64,000 nucleotides of DNA from an uncultured Nitrospiraceae bacterium. Lineage in GTDB: Bacteria; Nitrospirota; Thermodesulfovibrionia; Thermodesulfovibrionales; Dissulfurispiraceae. The notes under the pieces are model-generated. The model was not told where the DNA came from. It saw only the letters and a list, made by a program, of their open reading frames with translations, and did no database searches. Of the stretch, positions 43,777-54,171 are shown in pieces. Numbering within the stretch: the first letter of the stretch is position 1; the number at the start of each line of letters is the position of its first letter. The stretch is from assembly GCA_963727805.1 (NCBI GenBank), contig CAVSHF010000003.1, positions 320,001 to 384,000 on the forward strand. The letters are read 5' to 3'. Both the position numbers and the translations under genes were made by a program.

Positions 43777-45168
43777 TCAATACTTCATGGGTCTGATCTC
43801 CAATCTCATTACCCTGTTTGTATTATCGTCAACTTTGAATCGATCGTCAACTCGATACCCGATTACCCATGCAATAGCATTATTATTTATGAGAAGGGGA
43901 ACGATATCCCGTTCTTCGCGTGGTATCTTCTTGTCCACAAAAAAGTCCTGGATCTTTTTTCGTTTCCCAAAACCAAGAGGATAGAAGAAATCTCCTGTCT
44001 TTCTTGGGCGTATCTCAAGTGGAAATGAGAGCTTGTCAGCATCGAGACAGGCAAACCGCTTGCCGTCTCCCAGATCATTGTCGGGATTTTTTTCGGAAAT
44101 TGAAAGACGCAACACCAGTGAGGCCTCCTTCAGGATGATCTCTCCAGGCTCGTTGATAATATATTCAGTGAGCCTCTCCGGCTTTTCCGAAGTCAGTGTC
44201 AGGGTCGCATAGCCCTTGATCGCCCGGATGGAATGAGGCAGGTATATCCGATTTCCTGAACGCCCTGACTTGATCAATTTAATAAGGTCCTCAATATGAT
44301 CGAGCCCGAGGCCCCGAAGTTTCTTCGTTTCAGCAAGGGAGCGTCTTAGAACCCTCCTCAACAGTACTGTATCCATATATTCCAAAGGACCAAGAAATAA
44401 TTCAATGGATGAGTCCGATTTCCTGCTTATAAGTTTCATCAAGGTCTTCGTAACAAGTAAGTCAAAATAGCGTTCTTCATCCCTGATAATGTTCGTTGTC
44501 CTCAGGACAGCCTGAAGGAAATCCCTGTTGATATTCTTGAAAGCGGGTATGATGAAATGCCTGATTCTGTTTCTGAGATAATCGTCCTTTTGGTTGGAAG
44601 AATCGGTCATATAACTGATGTTGAATTCAGAGAGGAATTCCTCGATCTCTTTGCGCTCTGTTTCGATAAGCGGCCTTATAATGCGACTGCGGACAGGCGG
44701 AATACCCGAAAGCCCCGCGGGACCTGAGCCCCTTATGAGATGCATCAAAAGAGTCTCTGCCTGGTCGTCTGCATTATGAGCAAGTGCGATTTTATTCGCT
44801 CCGGTTTCCGCCGCAATATCTTGGAGTGCTTTATACCTGAGTTCCCGCGCAGCTTCCTGTTTATTTATTCCTTCATTGGCGGCATAAGATTTGGGGTCGA
44901 TTGTTCTGACGGTGAAGTTGATATTCCTTTCGCCGCATAATTTCTCACAGAAATGCACTTCTGACGGTATTTCTTCAAGCCTGAGGCCATGGTCGATATA
45001 TGCAGCTGAGATTTCGATGCCCCAGTAATCTCTTAAATTAAGGAGAGTGGTCAGTAAGCATACGGAATCCGCCCCTCCCGAAAGTCCGACTAGAATATTA
45101 TCGCCGCGGGAGATCATGGAGTGCTTTATAATGGTGTCTTTCACTTCATCGGCAAGACGTTTTTTCAT
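43777..45168 (-). CDS. tilS: tRNA(Ile)-lysidine synthetase
   Basis: LSGGADS, DHGLR, AR.LRY, AH.ADDQAET, IRPL, D.SN, RNRIR; TilS C-terminal domain. Confidence 0.95.
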   Translation of the reverse strand: MKKRLADEVKDTIIKHSMISRGDNILVGLSGGADSVCLLTTLLNLRDYWGIEISAAYIDHGLRLEEIPSEVHFCEKLCGERNINFTVRTIDPKSYAANEGINKQEAARELRYKALQDIAAETGANKIALAHNADDQAETLLMHLIRGSGPAGLSGIPPVRSRIIRPLIETERKEIEEFLSEFNISYMTDSSNQKDDYLRNRIRHFIIPAFKNINRDFLQAVLRTTNIIRDEERYFDLLVTKTLMKLISRKSDSSIELFLGPLEYMDTVLLRRVLRRSLAETKKLRGLGLDHIEDLIKLIKSGRSGNRIYLPHSIRAIKGYATLTLTSEKPERLTEYIINEPGEIILKEASLVLRLSISEKNPDNDLGDGKRFACLDADKLSFPLEIRPRKTGDFFYPLGFGKRKKIQDFFVDKKIPREERDIVPLLINNNAIAWVIGYRVDDRFKVDDNTNRVMRLEIRPMKY

Positions 45169-45238
45169 CTGGATATCTTATCACACGCACTTTGCCTTTA
45201 CAATTTTTCACCCGAGTTGATATTATATAGGTTACTTT

Positions 45239-45331
45239 GGAGAGGTGGCCGAGTCGGTCGAAGGCAGCCGCCTGCTAAGCGGTTGTAGGGGTAACACCTT
45301 ACCTAGGGTTCGAATCCCTACCTCTCCGCCA
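45239..45331 (+). tRNA. tRNA-Ser (anticodon GCT)
   Basis: Acceptor GGAGAGG/CCTCTCC, G discriminator, encoded CCA, anticodon loop CTGCTAA, long variable arm, TTCGAAT T-loop. Confidence 0.96.
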
Positions 45332-45373
45332 TTTTATGTGTATGTATATACACATCTATCGAAGGGGGATCTC

Positions 45374-45925
45374 ATGAACAAAAAGTCGATTCTCATATTT
45401 GTTGCTGTCTGCATGCTTCTTTCCTTGGGGGCATGTCAGAAGAAAGAGGAGCAACCAGTGCCCAAGGCGACGAGTCCGTCTCCAATGGCACAGCCATCCG
45501 ATCTTAACCAGCCGATGCCTCCGCAGGGTCCAATGACCGCTCCACATGGAGATATGGGGAAGAAAGAGCAGAAAACGGTGCAAGTGCCCGAAGATATAAA
45601 AAAGAGCTGGGGTAAGGTAAAGCTGGTGTTTACTGATAAGGCAGCCAAGAAGTCAAAGGAATATATTGTGGACGTCGGTTCAGAGTTAGTAATTCCAGGT
45701 ACCGACCTGAAGATCGCTGTCGGGGAGTTTTTACCGGATTTCAAGATCATAGGGACGACCATCACCTCGGGAAGTAATGAGCCTAACAATCCTGGGGTCC
45801 GAGTCGAGATATTCGAAAAGGGGAAAAGCATTTTCAAGGGCTGGCTCTATTCGAAATTCCCCGATATGCATCCGTTCGAGCATGATAAGTATGGGCTTAA
45901 TCTGAAAGAAGGCATCAGGAAATAG
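45374..45925 (+). CDS. Lipoprotein, DUF2155-like
   Basis: Lipobox LGAC after hydrophobic signal, Pro/Met-rich linker, C-terminal F.GWLY.KFP..HPF.H. Confidence 0.7.
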   Translation: MNKKSILIFVAVCMLLSLGACQKKEEQPVPKATSPSPMAQPSDLNQPMPPQGPMTAPHGDMGKKEQKTVQVPEDIKKSWGKVKLVFTDKAAKKSKEYIVDVGSELVIPGTDLKIAVGEFLPDFKIIGTTITSGSNEPNNPGVRVEIFEKGKSIFKGWLYSKFPDMHPFEHDKYGLNLKEGIRK

Positions 45926-45935
45926 AGTAGAATTT

Positions 45936-46511
45936 GTGTCTACGTTAATTCCGCTTGGCAGAGCGCCAAAAAGTCGCGAAGAACGGCAAACACTGATTTC
46001 TGAACAGGTTGCACACGAAGAACGTATTGCCAATATGGGGCTTGCCCATGTCAAAAAGGCTATTGTCGATTATCTTCTGTCGGAGAAGGGCTACAGTGCA
46101 GAAGACCTCGAAGTCGAGAGGGAATTTCGCATAGAACTGGGCGACGCGGTATTTACCGTTAAATCAGATATTGTCCTCAAAGTGGAGGGCAGGATATTTC
46201 TCCTTGTTAAATGCGCCATGACCTCACCCGAGTCATGGGAGAGATATACTGTTGCCATGTGCCGGGTGGCCTGCAATGAGGCAATACCTTTCTGTCTTGT
46301 AACCGACGGAGAGTACGCAGGCCTCATCGATGTCAGAACAGGGAAATCTGTGTCGGAAAGATTTGAACAACTGCCTTCGAAACAGGAAGCCCTTCGGGCA
46401 GCCCGTGATGTTTCCTCCTCACCTTTTGCATGTGAAAAGGCAGAAAAGGAAAAGAGGATTCTATTTGCATTCGAAGGTCTGGGCTGTACAGCTGCCAAAG
46501 ATGGCCAATAA
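45936..46511 (+). CDS. Stand-alone type I restriction HsdR N-terminal-like domain protein (start uncertain)
   Basis: L..EKGY..EDL.VE, DIVL, LVKC, VTDG pattern. Confidence 0.6.
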   Translation: MSTLIPLGRAPKSREERQTLISEQVAHEERIANMGLAHVKKAIVDYLLSEKGYSAEDLEVEREFRIELGDAVFTVKSDIVLKVEGRIFLLVKCAMTSPESWERYTVAMCRVACNEAIPFCLVTDGEYAGLIDVRTGKSVSERFEQLPSKQEALRAARDVSSSPFACEKAEKEKRILFAFEGLGCTAAKDGQ

Positions 46512-46588
46512 ACGTATCGAAGCAAGAATGATCTTGGCCGCCTCACACATTTGAGTAATAGCAATTCCATTGTGAAGTCGGTGTCCGT

Positions 46589-46632
46589 AAAAAAGGAAAC
46601 CCGCAGAATAAATCTGCGGGTTTCCTTTTTTT
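46589..46632. terminator. Bidirectional intrinsic terminator
   Basis: AAAAAAGGAAACCCGCAGA-ATAAA-TCTGCGGGTTTCCTTTTTTT between convergent genes. Confidence 0.9.
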
Positions 46633-46650
46633 ACAAATCGAAGCTGATAT

Positions 46651-48132
46651 CTATATTTTAAAGTTAAGCTGCCACCTGAAGAATAGGGCATCATGCGTGC
46701 TGGATTGGTAAAAGCTCCCTGGAACGAAATATTCTAGTTGCAGCATTCCGTCCACATTCTTACAGAAAGTGTGATTTAGAATTGCCGTAGGCAGGCTTCC
46801 TCTAACCTTGCCCTGGTTGGTATACTCCGTAGAGCTAAGAGCATAAGTACCTGTTGAAGGGGTAGAGTCGGGGGCGGTGATATATTGGTATGTCATAGTA
46901 AGGCTTGTCTTTTCTGCTATATTCACTTTCCCTTTAATCATGTAGATGACCATGTTTGTCCAGTATCCGGGAACTGGACCGCTATATTTCTTGACCGTCT
47001 CATTGATAAGCGTGTAGATATATAACTCATTCCAATACGGGTTTCTTGAAAAAAGAGGATCCCAAGCTGTTCGTTTGCTGGGATCTTTCGGGTTGTCGCC
47101 CGAGAGATACACTACTCCGAGATCGAATTCAGGCTTGCCGGGAGTCTTTTCAAATTTGTAACCGCCGAATGCGTAGCCGCCGAGGCCCGTCCTGGTTGCG
47201 CCGGTCTGGCCGGTCGGGATGCCGTCATAGTGGCCGACCTGGCGGGCTAGTTCAGCCTTGGCCCTCCAGCCATCAGCAGTGAATGTCGCACGGCCTCCAA
47301 AGGTATTGAGTGTCAGGTTAGGGTTATTGACTCCGGCAGAAATAAAGCCTCGCTCTGTTTTGCGAATTAAATATGGATCGAAGGTAAAATACTGTCCGAG
47401 CTTGTTCCTGCTATAAATCATAATAGCCTGTTCATCCGAGGTAGTAAGCAGTTTTTTGTTATCCACATAAAGCGAATTACCGGTGATTGCCGGATGGAGA
47501 GATGGCATGAAGGTATCCGTTTCAGGGTCGTCGATGTATACTAAATCGACGCTGTTGTCCGGACTTATATTTAGCCTAGCCTTTGCTGCATTGAAGTAGA
47601 AGGTTCTCGATCCGTCACCGGGCGTACCATCCGTAAGAAGGAACCCTTCGCCATAAATGTCGGACGGACTCAGGAAATCCTGCCTGCCTATCCTTACGTC
47701 CAGCTTGCCGTTCAACAGTTTCTTGCCGCTGACGTAGAGATTGTCGACTATGACTTCATCTGGATCCAAATATTGACCGAGATTGGATCTGTCGTGCCAG
47801 GTTCCGTTATCAGCAGGGTGATACGGTCCGAGATAGTACTTCGGCTCAGTAGTAATCCTCGTGAAGAAATCGAGGTACTGACCGATATCGGCCCTGCCCC
47901 ATAAAGACAATCTATACCGAAAGAAATCGCGATCTTTTTGAGTCGTCGGGTTTGTGTTCAAGGATACTACATCATCCCAAATTTCCTGGCGCACCCTCAA
48001 AGATGCGCCGACCGTGGCGCTGACATCACTGTCCCAAACATGTTCAACAGTATGTTCAGCATAAACCGATGAAGCAAACAGGAGCATAAATGCAAAAAGA
48101 AGCAACACACGTGATACCATTTTTCCTACCAT
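46651..48132 (-). CDS. Outer-membrane beta-barrel, alginate export family-like
   Basis: Signal peptide, LR.R.E, IGRQD..YGEGFL..DG, LSGD, amphipathic C-terminal strand FFRWQLNFKI; SD AAGGAG before ATG 48132. Confidence 0.7.
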   Translation of the reverse strand: MVGKMVSRVLLLFAFMLLFASSVYAEHTVEHVWDSDVSATVGASLRVRQEIWDDVVSLNTNPTTQKDRDFFRYRLSLWGRADIGQYLDFFTRITTEPKYYLGPYHPADNGTWHDRSNLGQYLDPDEVIVDNLYVSGKKLLNGKLDVRIGRQDFLSPSDIYGEGFLLTDGTPGDGSRTFYFNAAKARLNISPDNSVDLVYIDDPETDTFMPSLHPAITGNSLYVDNKKLLTTSDEQAIMIYSRNKLGQYFTFDPYLIRKTERGFISAGVNNPNLTLNTFGGRATFTADGWRAKAELARQVGHYDGIPTGQTGATRTGLGGYAFGGYKFEKTPGKPEFDLGVVYLSGDNPKDPSKRTAWDPLFSRNPYWNELYIYTLINETVKKYSGPVPGYWTNMVIYMIKGKVNIAEKTSLTMTYQYITAPDSTPSTGTYALSSTEYTNQGKVRGSLPTAILNHTFCKNVDGMLQLEYFVPGSFYQSSTHDALFFRWQLNFKI

Positions 48133-48180
48133 GTTCTCTTTTCTCCTTTCCATAATATGGTTTGATTTGAACATTAGAAG

Positions 48181-49479
48181 CTAAAAGCTCCTTTTCTCGA
48201 TTACCCTTTTTGCTTTTCCCTCAAACCGTTCAAGCGACTTGCCTTCAACAAGTTTGACCTCGACGGTTATACCGAGCTCGGAGGCAAGCCGGGTCTTGAT
48301 AAGATCTATAAACTTGCGTTGTTCTCTCATCGAGTCAAAAAAAATAGACTCGGACACTTCAACAAGGACAGTCAGTTCGTCGACTGATCCTTTCCTGTCG
48401 ACAATAATCTGGTAATGAGGTTCGGTCCCCTCAATCTCGGAGAGGACTGCTTCGACTTGTGAAGGGAAGACATTTGCACCTTTGATTTTAATCATGTCGT
48501 CCGTTCTTCCTGTCACCTTGCCCATCCTTACGAATGTTCTGCCGCAGGTGCAGGGTTCGACCATTAACGTAGTGAGGTCTCTTGTCCTGAATCTGATGAC
48601 TGGAAACGCCTCTTTTGTGAGAGTGGTAATAACGAGTTCACCTGTTTTCCCCGTGGGAACCGGTTCGAGAGTTTCGGGATCAACGACCTCAACAAGAAAA
48701 TGATCTTCGTTGATATGAAGACTGTTGCGCTCAAGGCACTCTCCTGCCACACCCGGTCCCATGACTTCGCTGAGGCCGTAATTATCTGTTGCGATAATCT
48801 TGAGTTTCTCCTGCAGCTGCAGTCGCATGGCCTCAGACCATGGTTCGGCTCCGAACAGGCCGTACTTCAGAGAAAGTGAGTTGACGTTGATTCCTAATTC
48901 AATGATGGTGTCGGCTATCGAAAGAGCGAAGGTCGGAGTACAAATGAGAGCAGTCGTCTTAAAATCCTGTAGTAGCTTAATCTGTCTTTTTGTATCACCG
49001 CTTGAAATAGGGATGACGGAGGCCCCGAGGCGTTCTGCTCCGTAATGCAGGCCGAATGCTCCGGTGAAGAGTCCGTAATCGAAAGCAATTTGGACGATAT
49101 CATTTTGTGTAACGCCGCCCGCAGTGAGAATCCTTGCCACAAGATCTGACCAGTTCTTGAGATCGTTTTTAGTATAGCCCACGACTGTCGGCATGCCGGT
49201 TGTACCGGATGACGCTTGAATTCTGACCACCTCTCTCAAAGGGACTGCAAACATGCCGTACGGATAACTGTTCCGTAGGTCTTCCTTGGTGGTGAATGGG
49301 AGTTTCATCAGGTCTTCAAGGGAGCGAAAATCATCAGGATCAATGCCCAGTTCATCGAATTTTCTCTTGTAGAAGGGCACATTCATATAAACTCTGGAAA
49401 GCGTCGACTGAAGTCTCTCAAGCTGTAACTGTTCCAGATCTTCTCTCTTCATGCATTCTCTCACCGCTTCCCAGTACAT
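48181..49479 (-). CDS. paaK: Phenylacetate--CoA ligase family (paralog 1)
   Basis: [49 protein letters not shown]. Confidence 0.88.
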   Translation of the reverse strand: MYWEAVRECMKREDLEQLQLERLQSTLSRVYMNVPFYKRKFDELGIDPDDFRSLEDLMKLPFTTKEDLRNSYPYGMFAVPLREVVRIQASSGTTGMPTVVGYTKNDLKNWSDLVARILTAGGVTQNDIVQIAFDYGLFTGAFGLHYGAERLGASVIPISSGDTKRQIKLLQDFKTTALICTPTFALSIADTIIELGINVNSLSLKYGLFGAEPWSEAMRLQLQEKLKIIATDNYGLSEVMGPGVAGECLERNSLHINEDHFLVEVVDPETLEPVPTGKTGELVITTLTKEAFPVIRFRTRDLTTLMVEPCTCGRTFVRMGKVTGRTDDMIKIKGANVFPSQVEAVLSEIEGTEPHYQIIVDRKGSVDELTVLVEVSESIFFDSMREQRKFIDLIKTRLASELGITVEVKLVEGKSLERFEGKAKRVIEKRSF

Positions 49480-49545
49480 TTGACACCTCCGATTTTGATC
49501 AAGAGTTCCATCGCTCAGCTAATGGAAGAGGAAAGCCTTCATATT

Positions 49546-50280
49546 TTAAAACCTGGCATCGAGGTCTCTCCCAAGATATGCCCTTTGTACATCCCGGTTC
49601 AGCATAAGGTCTTCCGCAGGTCCTTCCAATAGTATTCTTCCCGTTTCAAGGACGTAGCCTGTATCGGCTATCTGCAAGGCACTCTTAGCATTTTGTTCAA
49701 CGAGGAGTACTGTCAGGCCATACTTGTTCCTCAGTTCGACGACGTACCGTAATATTTCTTTGACAATTATCGGCGCAAGTCCCATACTCGGCTCGTCCAG
49801 TAAGAGAAGTTTGGGCTTAGCCATTAATGCACGACCGATTGCAAGCATCTGCTGTTCTCCGCCCGATAGGGTGCCTGCGAGTTGCTTTCTCCGTTCCTTC
49901 AGGACGGGGAACATGACATAAATTTGCTCCAGATCAGACTTGAAAACAGACCGGCTTCTTAATGAATAGCGCGGGTAGGCCCCAAGGAGCAAGTTATCCT
50001 CTACACTCAGCGGCTTAAATACCAATCCTCTTTCGGGGACATGAGATACTCCCATTTTGACTATCCTATCCGAGCTTTGTTTCAGGATATCGGTCTCATT
50101 AAAAAAAATGCTTCCGCCGCCGGACTTCAGCAAGCCTGAAATCGTACGTAGAAGTGTGGTCTTGCCTGCGCCATTTGCACCGATGAGTGCGACAATCTCA
50201 CCGCTACTGACGTGAAGAGATACCCTCTTGAGAGCATGAATCTTTCCATAAAAGACGTCGACATTTTTTAGTTTCAGCAT
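49546..50280 (-). CDS. Liv-type ABC transporter ATPase (LivF-like)
   Basis: GANGAGKTT, LSGGEQQMLAIGRALM, LDEPS.GLAP, LVEQN. Confidence 0.92.
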   Translation of the reverse strand: MLKLKNVDVFYGKIHALKRVSLHVSSGEIVALIGANGAGKTTLLRTISGLLKSGGGSIFFNETDILKQSSDRIVKMGVSHVPERGLVFKPLSVEDNLLLGAYPRYSLRSRSVFKSDLEQIYVMFPVLKERRKQLAGTLSGGEQQMLAIGRALMAKPKLLLLDEPSMGLAPIIVKEILRYVVELRNKYGLTVLLVEQNAKSALQIADTGYVLETGRILLEGPAEDLMLNRDVQRAYLGRDLDARF

Positions 50281-50281
50281 T

Positions 50282-51043
50282 CTACTCTTCTTCAGTCCCT
50301 AGGTACGCCGCAATTACGGCCTGATTCTTCTGGACCTCTGACGGGGTTCCCTTTGCGATAACCTCCCCGAAATTAAGTACGGTGATCCGGTTGCTGATCC
50401 GCATAACGAGGTCCATATCGTGTTCAACAAGTAGTATTGTTATTTTTTTTTCGTCCCGTATTCTGCAAATCATTTCACCAAGACTACGCGTTTCTTTTAT
50501 GTTCAGTCCTGCTGCCGGCTCGTCCAGCAAGAGAAGGTCCGGTTCTGTAGCCAGTGCCCTGCCGATTTCGAGTATTCTCTGCTCACCGAGAGGAAGACTG
50601 GAGGACAGCTCATCCTTTCTGCTGCTTAACCCTATATAATCGAGTATTTCTAAACTAAGATTCCGGTTCTGTCTCTCTTCTCTGACAACATAGGGCAACC
50701 TTAACCCCGACGATATAAAACCGGCCCTTGTCTTTGGATATCTTCCGACCATGATGTTCTCAAGGACTGTCATATCCCCGAATAACTCTACTTGTTGAAA
50801 TGTCCTCGATATGCCGGCTCTGGCAATCTTCGTGGATGGGAGCGTGCTGATGCTCGTACCTAAAAACGATATGTCTCCTGTATCCGGCGGGAAAATGCCG
50901 CTGATGATATTGAGAAGGGTCGTCTTCCCGGCACCGTTGGGACCAATGAGAGCACTGATGGTGCGCTCCTTTACGCTGAAATGGACATCTTTGAGGGCAA
51001 CAAGACCTCCAAAACTCTTGCCTATGGCCTTAATGTCCAGCAA
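50282..51043 (-). CDS. Liv-type ABC transporter ATPase (LivG-like)
   Basis: FGGLVAL, GPNGAGKTT, RTFQ, LDEPAAGLN, VEHDM, AYLG. Confidence 0.92.
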   Translation of the reverse strand: MLDIKAIGKSFGGLVALKDVHFSVKERTISALIGPNGAGKTTLLNIISGIFPPDTGDISFLGTSISTLPSTKIARAGISRTFQQVELFGDMTVLENIMVGRYPKTRAGFISSGLRLPYVVREERQNRNLSLEILDYIGLSSRKDELSSSLPLGEQRILEIGRALATEPDLLLLDEPAAGLNIKETRSLGEMICRIRDEKKITILLVEHDMDLVMRISNRITVLNFGEVIAKGTPSEVQKNQAVIAAYLGTEEE

Positions 51044-51980
51044 TTTCAGGCCTCCTGAGTTTGTTAATCCGCTCGATTAAGAGAGGAACGAGTCCTTTTC
51101 TGAAGAACATCAGAGAGAGTGTCAGGACTAGTCCATACACGAGCACATCGAATTCCTCAAAGCTTCTAAGGAGTTCAGGCAAGATTGTAATAAGCACTGA
51201 GCCGATGACTGCACCCCACAGATTTGTAATTCCGCCGATCACGGCCATCATTAAGACTAAAATAGAATAAAAGAGAGTAAAGCTGCTCGGGCTGATAAAC
51301 GTCACATAATGCGCGTACAGGCTGCCGGCAAGAGAGGCGTACACCGCACTCAGGATAAAGACCTTTATTTTAAGCGCGGTCACGTCTAATCCCATTGCCC
51401 TGCTTGCCAATTCACTCCCATGTAGCGCCCTCAGCGCTCTTCCGGCTCTCGAATTAATAAGGTTAAAGGAGAATAAAAGAACGAGCGCTACGCAGCCCCA
51501 GACCAGGTAGAAATAACTCCTTGTTGAGTCGAACGTCAATCCAAGTATAGCGAAATGGGGAATATCGCCAAACCCTGACGGTCCTCCAGGTCCCCATTCA
51601 TTTAGGATGATGTTGATTATTTCACCAAAGCTGAGGGTTGCCACCGCTAGATAATGACCTTTCAGCCGTAAAGATGGGATGGCTAATAATACAGCGGCGA
51701 AGGCGGCAACGATCATCGCCGACAAGACAGATATAATAACAGGAAGACCATACTGCTGGCTCAGCACCGCGGAAACATAGGCGCCGATGCCGTAAAACCC
51801 AGCCTGCCCTAGAGAGACCTGGCCGGCATACCCCATAAGAACGCATAACCCGATTGCTACTAGCGCATTTATTCCCGAAAACACCCCAACCGTTATCACA
51901 TAGGTGCTCCCTGACAGGATTGGCAACAACATAACTATGCAGATAAATATCAGGAAGGTTATTGTGTTGCCCCTAGTCAA
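51030..51980 (-). CDS. Liv-type ABC permease (LivM-like)
   Basis: GYAGQVSLGQ..FYGIGAY, LRL.G.YLA.ATL.FG, GRALRA. Confidence 0.9.
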   Translation of the reverse strand: MTRGNTITFLIFICIVMLLPILSGSTYVITVGVFSGINALVAIGLCVLMGYAGQVSLGQAGFYGIGAYVSAVLSQQYGLPVIISVLSAMIVAAFAAVLLAIPSLRLKGHYLAVATLSFGEIINIILNEWGPGGPSGFGDIPHFAILGLTFDSTRSYFYLVWGCVALVLLFSFNLINSRAGRALRALHGSELASRAMGLDVTALKIKVFILSAVYASLAGSLYAHYVTFISPSSFTLFYSILVLMMAVIGGITNLWGAVIGSVLITILPELLRSFEEFDVLVYGLVLTLSLMFFRKGLVPLLIERINKLRRPEIAGH

Positions 51981-51982
51981 AT

Positions 51983-52870
51983 CTAAAATCTCCTAAGCCG
52001 ATCGGCAGCGCTGCTGCCGAGTATGCCGGCTGGTTTTAAGAAGAGGACTAACAAAAGGATGATAAGCGCCACGGCGTCCTTTAATCCTGAATGGAGGTAT
52101 CCGGCAGTCATCGATTCGAGGATGCCGATGCTGAACCCTCCGATTACGGCGCCCCTGCCCCTGCCGAGTCCGCCCATGATCGCCGCACAGAACCCCTTTA
52201 CCGCAAGCATGGGGCCCTTATCATATTCCATGAGGGTTATCGGGGTAATGGCTATCCCGCCGATAGCACCCACTACAGCACTCAGGACAAATGATATCAT
52301 TACCATCCTGGACACATTAATGCCGACTAGTTGCGCGGCGGTAGTATCTACGGCACACGCCCTCATTGCCTTTCCGATGATAGTCTTGTTGTAAAACAAA
52401 AACAATAGGATAATACTAAGGGCCGTAATCCCAATCACCCAGAGCGTTTGCTGCTGGATAATGGCCCCCCCAATATTCAAAGGCTCTCCTTCCGTGAAGG
52501 CCGGATATCCATAAGGGTCTTTGCCGAATCCGAACGCTAGAATTCCCCGTAAAACAATTGAGACCGCGATAGTAATCATGATCATCAGCAAAAGGTCTGT
52601 CGTTTTCAAGGGTTTAATTGTAAGCCTTTCCATCAGGAGTCCGATAATTCCGGAGGTGAGTATGGTGAGTGTAATTGCGATGAGAAAAGGCAGTTTGAGG
52701 GATTCTAAAAAAAAGCACATCATAAGCCCACCGATGACGACAAACTCTCCCTGGGCCAGATTAATAATTGAAGTGGCGTTGTATATGATGTTGAACCCCA
52801 TGCCGACAAGGGCATAGACAGCGCCGACAGTGAGACCAGAAAAAAGGAATTGCAGGAAAACCGTCAACAA
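51983..52870 (-). CDS. Liv-type ABC permease (LivH-like)
   Basis: GL..GA.YAL...GF, INLAQGEF, G.AMRA, AI.GGLG, KP.GI.G; TTG start with SD AGGAG. Confidence 0.9.
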   Translation of the reverse strand: MLTVFLQFLFSGLTVGAVYALVGMGFNIIYNATSIINLAQGEFVVIGGLMMCFFLESLKLPFLIAITLTILTSGIIGLLMERLTIKPLKTTDLLLMIMITIAVSIVLRGILAFGFGKDPYGYPAFTEGEPLNIGGAIIQQQTLWVIGITALSIILLFLFYNKTIIGKAMRACAVDTTAAQLVGINVSRMVMISFVLSAVVGAIGGIAITPITLMEYDKGPMLAVKGFCAAIMGGLGRGRGAVIGGFSIGILESMTAGYLHSGLKDAVALIILLLVLFLKPAGILGSSAADRLRRF

Positions 52871-52932
52871 CGCATTTCTCTCCTCATCCTTAAAATTAGG
52901 AAATAAAATCGCTCTTCAAGAGAAAGCATATA

Positions 52933-52971
52933 GTTGACGAGATCGGGAGTGGGCTTCCCGATCTCGTCAAC
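52933..52971. repeat. Perfect 16-bp inverted repeat between binding-protein and permease genes
   Basis: GTTGACGAGATCGGGA-GTGGGCT-TCCCGATCTCGTCAAC. Confidence 0.85.
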
Positions 52972-52973
52972 AT

Positions 52974-54134
52974 TTATTTTACGAGTGCCCAGTCGCCGTT
53001 CCTGACAACGACCATCTCAAAGGCATCCTTGTCCAAGCCGCAGTGGTCTTTCGGAGACATATTGAATATGCCGCCTGTGGCAGGCCACTTCCTTATATTT
53101 GTTTCAATATAATCCCTGATTTTATTTTTGTCGGGACCGACCTTTTTGAGGGCCTCCACAATCATCATGAATGAGTCATGCGCGTGTCCGCCGAAAGTCC
53201 CCGGTTCACTTTTGAAACGTGCTTCATAATCCTGGGCAAACTTTTTCAGAACGGCCTTCTGAGGGTGTTTATCTGGGAGCTTGTCCCACACGACCAGTCT
53301 CCCGAGAGGTGAGATCACGCCCTCTGCTGCCTTCCCTGCAAGCTCTATATTTTTCTTAATCCCCCAACCATGGCTTTGGAAGAGAGGAATACCCATCTTC
53401 AGTGCATACCAGTTTTTAGTCACAATCACCTGACCGGGCCCAACAGACCAGTTGATTATTGCCTGTGCGCCTGCTGCCTTAACCTTGGTAAGCTGGGTGG
53501 TCATGTCGGAATCCTTGGGGCCATAGCGCTCGTCGGCAACGATTGTGATACCATATTTGGGCGCCATCTCATAGAGGGCTTTTTTCCCGGCATCCCCGAA
53601 CCCGGTGGTGATGGTTAGAACACCCACCTTAGAAATGCCGTGGTTCTTCATATAGGCATATAGTGCTTCAGCCACACTAAAATCGTACTGGGCGACTTTA
53701 AAGATCCACTTGCGCTCGCTCACCGGCTGTGTAATTCCTGCACCCGTCGCGCAGGAGATAAGCGGGGTCTTTGCGCCGTTCATGATAGGGACAAGAGCCA
53801 TCGATTCCCCGGTAGTTGAGGGTCCTATTATTGCGAGAACATTGTCCCTTTCGAGCAGTTTCTTAGCCGAAAGGACAGCTTGTGTTTCATCGCTCTTGGA
53901 GTCCTCGAAAATGACTTCAAGAGGATGCCCGCTCACTCCGCCAGCCTTGTTGATCTGGTCCTGAAGCATTATAATCGCATTCTTCTCTGGTTCACCTAGA
54001 AAGGAGGCAGCGCCGGTAACAGAAAAAATAACACCAATCTTATAAGGTTCCTTTGCCTGACATGTTGAAAAGAGTGAAAAGGCAAAAGTGAAAAGCGACA
54101 AGAAACACAATATGTTGATCGTTGACCGTTTCAT
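52974..54134 (-). CDS. Liv-type periplasmic substrate-binding protein (paralog A)
   Basis: Signal peptide, YKIG..SVTG.ASFLG, IN.AGG..G, IIGPSTTG; SD AAGGAG before ATG 54134. Confidence 0.9.
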   Translation of the reverse strand: MKRSTINILCFLSLFTFAFSLFSTCQAKEPYKIGVIFSVTGAASFLGEPEKNAIIMLQDQINKAGGVSGHPLEVIFEDSKSDETQAVLSAKKLLERDNVLAIIGPSTTGESMALVPIMNGAKTPLISCATGAGITQPVSERKWIFKVAQYDFSVAEALYAYMKNHGISKVGVLTITTGFGDAGKKALYEMAPKYGITIVADERYGPKDSDMTTQLTKVKAAGAQAIINWSVGPGQVIVTKNWYALKMGIPLFQSHGWGIKKNIELAGKAAEGVISPLGRLVVWDKLPDKHPQKAVLKKFAQDYEARFKSEPGTFGGHAHDSFMMIVEALKKVGPDKNKIRDYIETNIRKWPATGGIFNMSPKDHCGLDKDAFEMVVVRNGDWALVK

Positions 54135-54171
54135 GGTTCTCCTTTTCAAACAGGTTATTTCTGATACCCGT

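Noticed and set aside
45245..45373. N-terminal extension of the lipoprotein ORF in the ORF track
   Set aside because: It overlaps tRNA-Ser; the real start is ATG 45374 with an SD and signal peptide.
45239..46632. Genomic island integrated at tRNA-Ser
   Set aside because: No integrase and no duplicated tRNA 3' end were found downstream.
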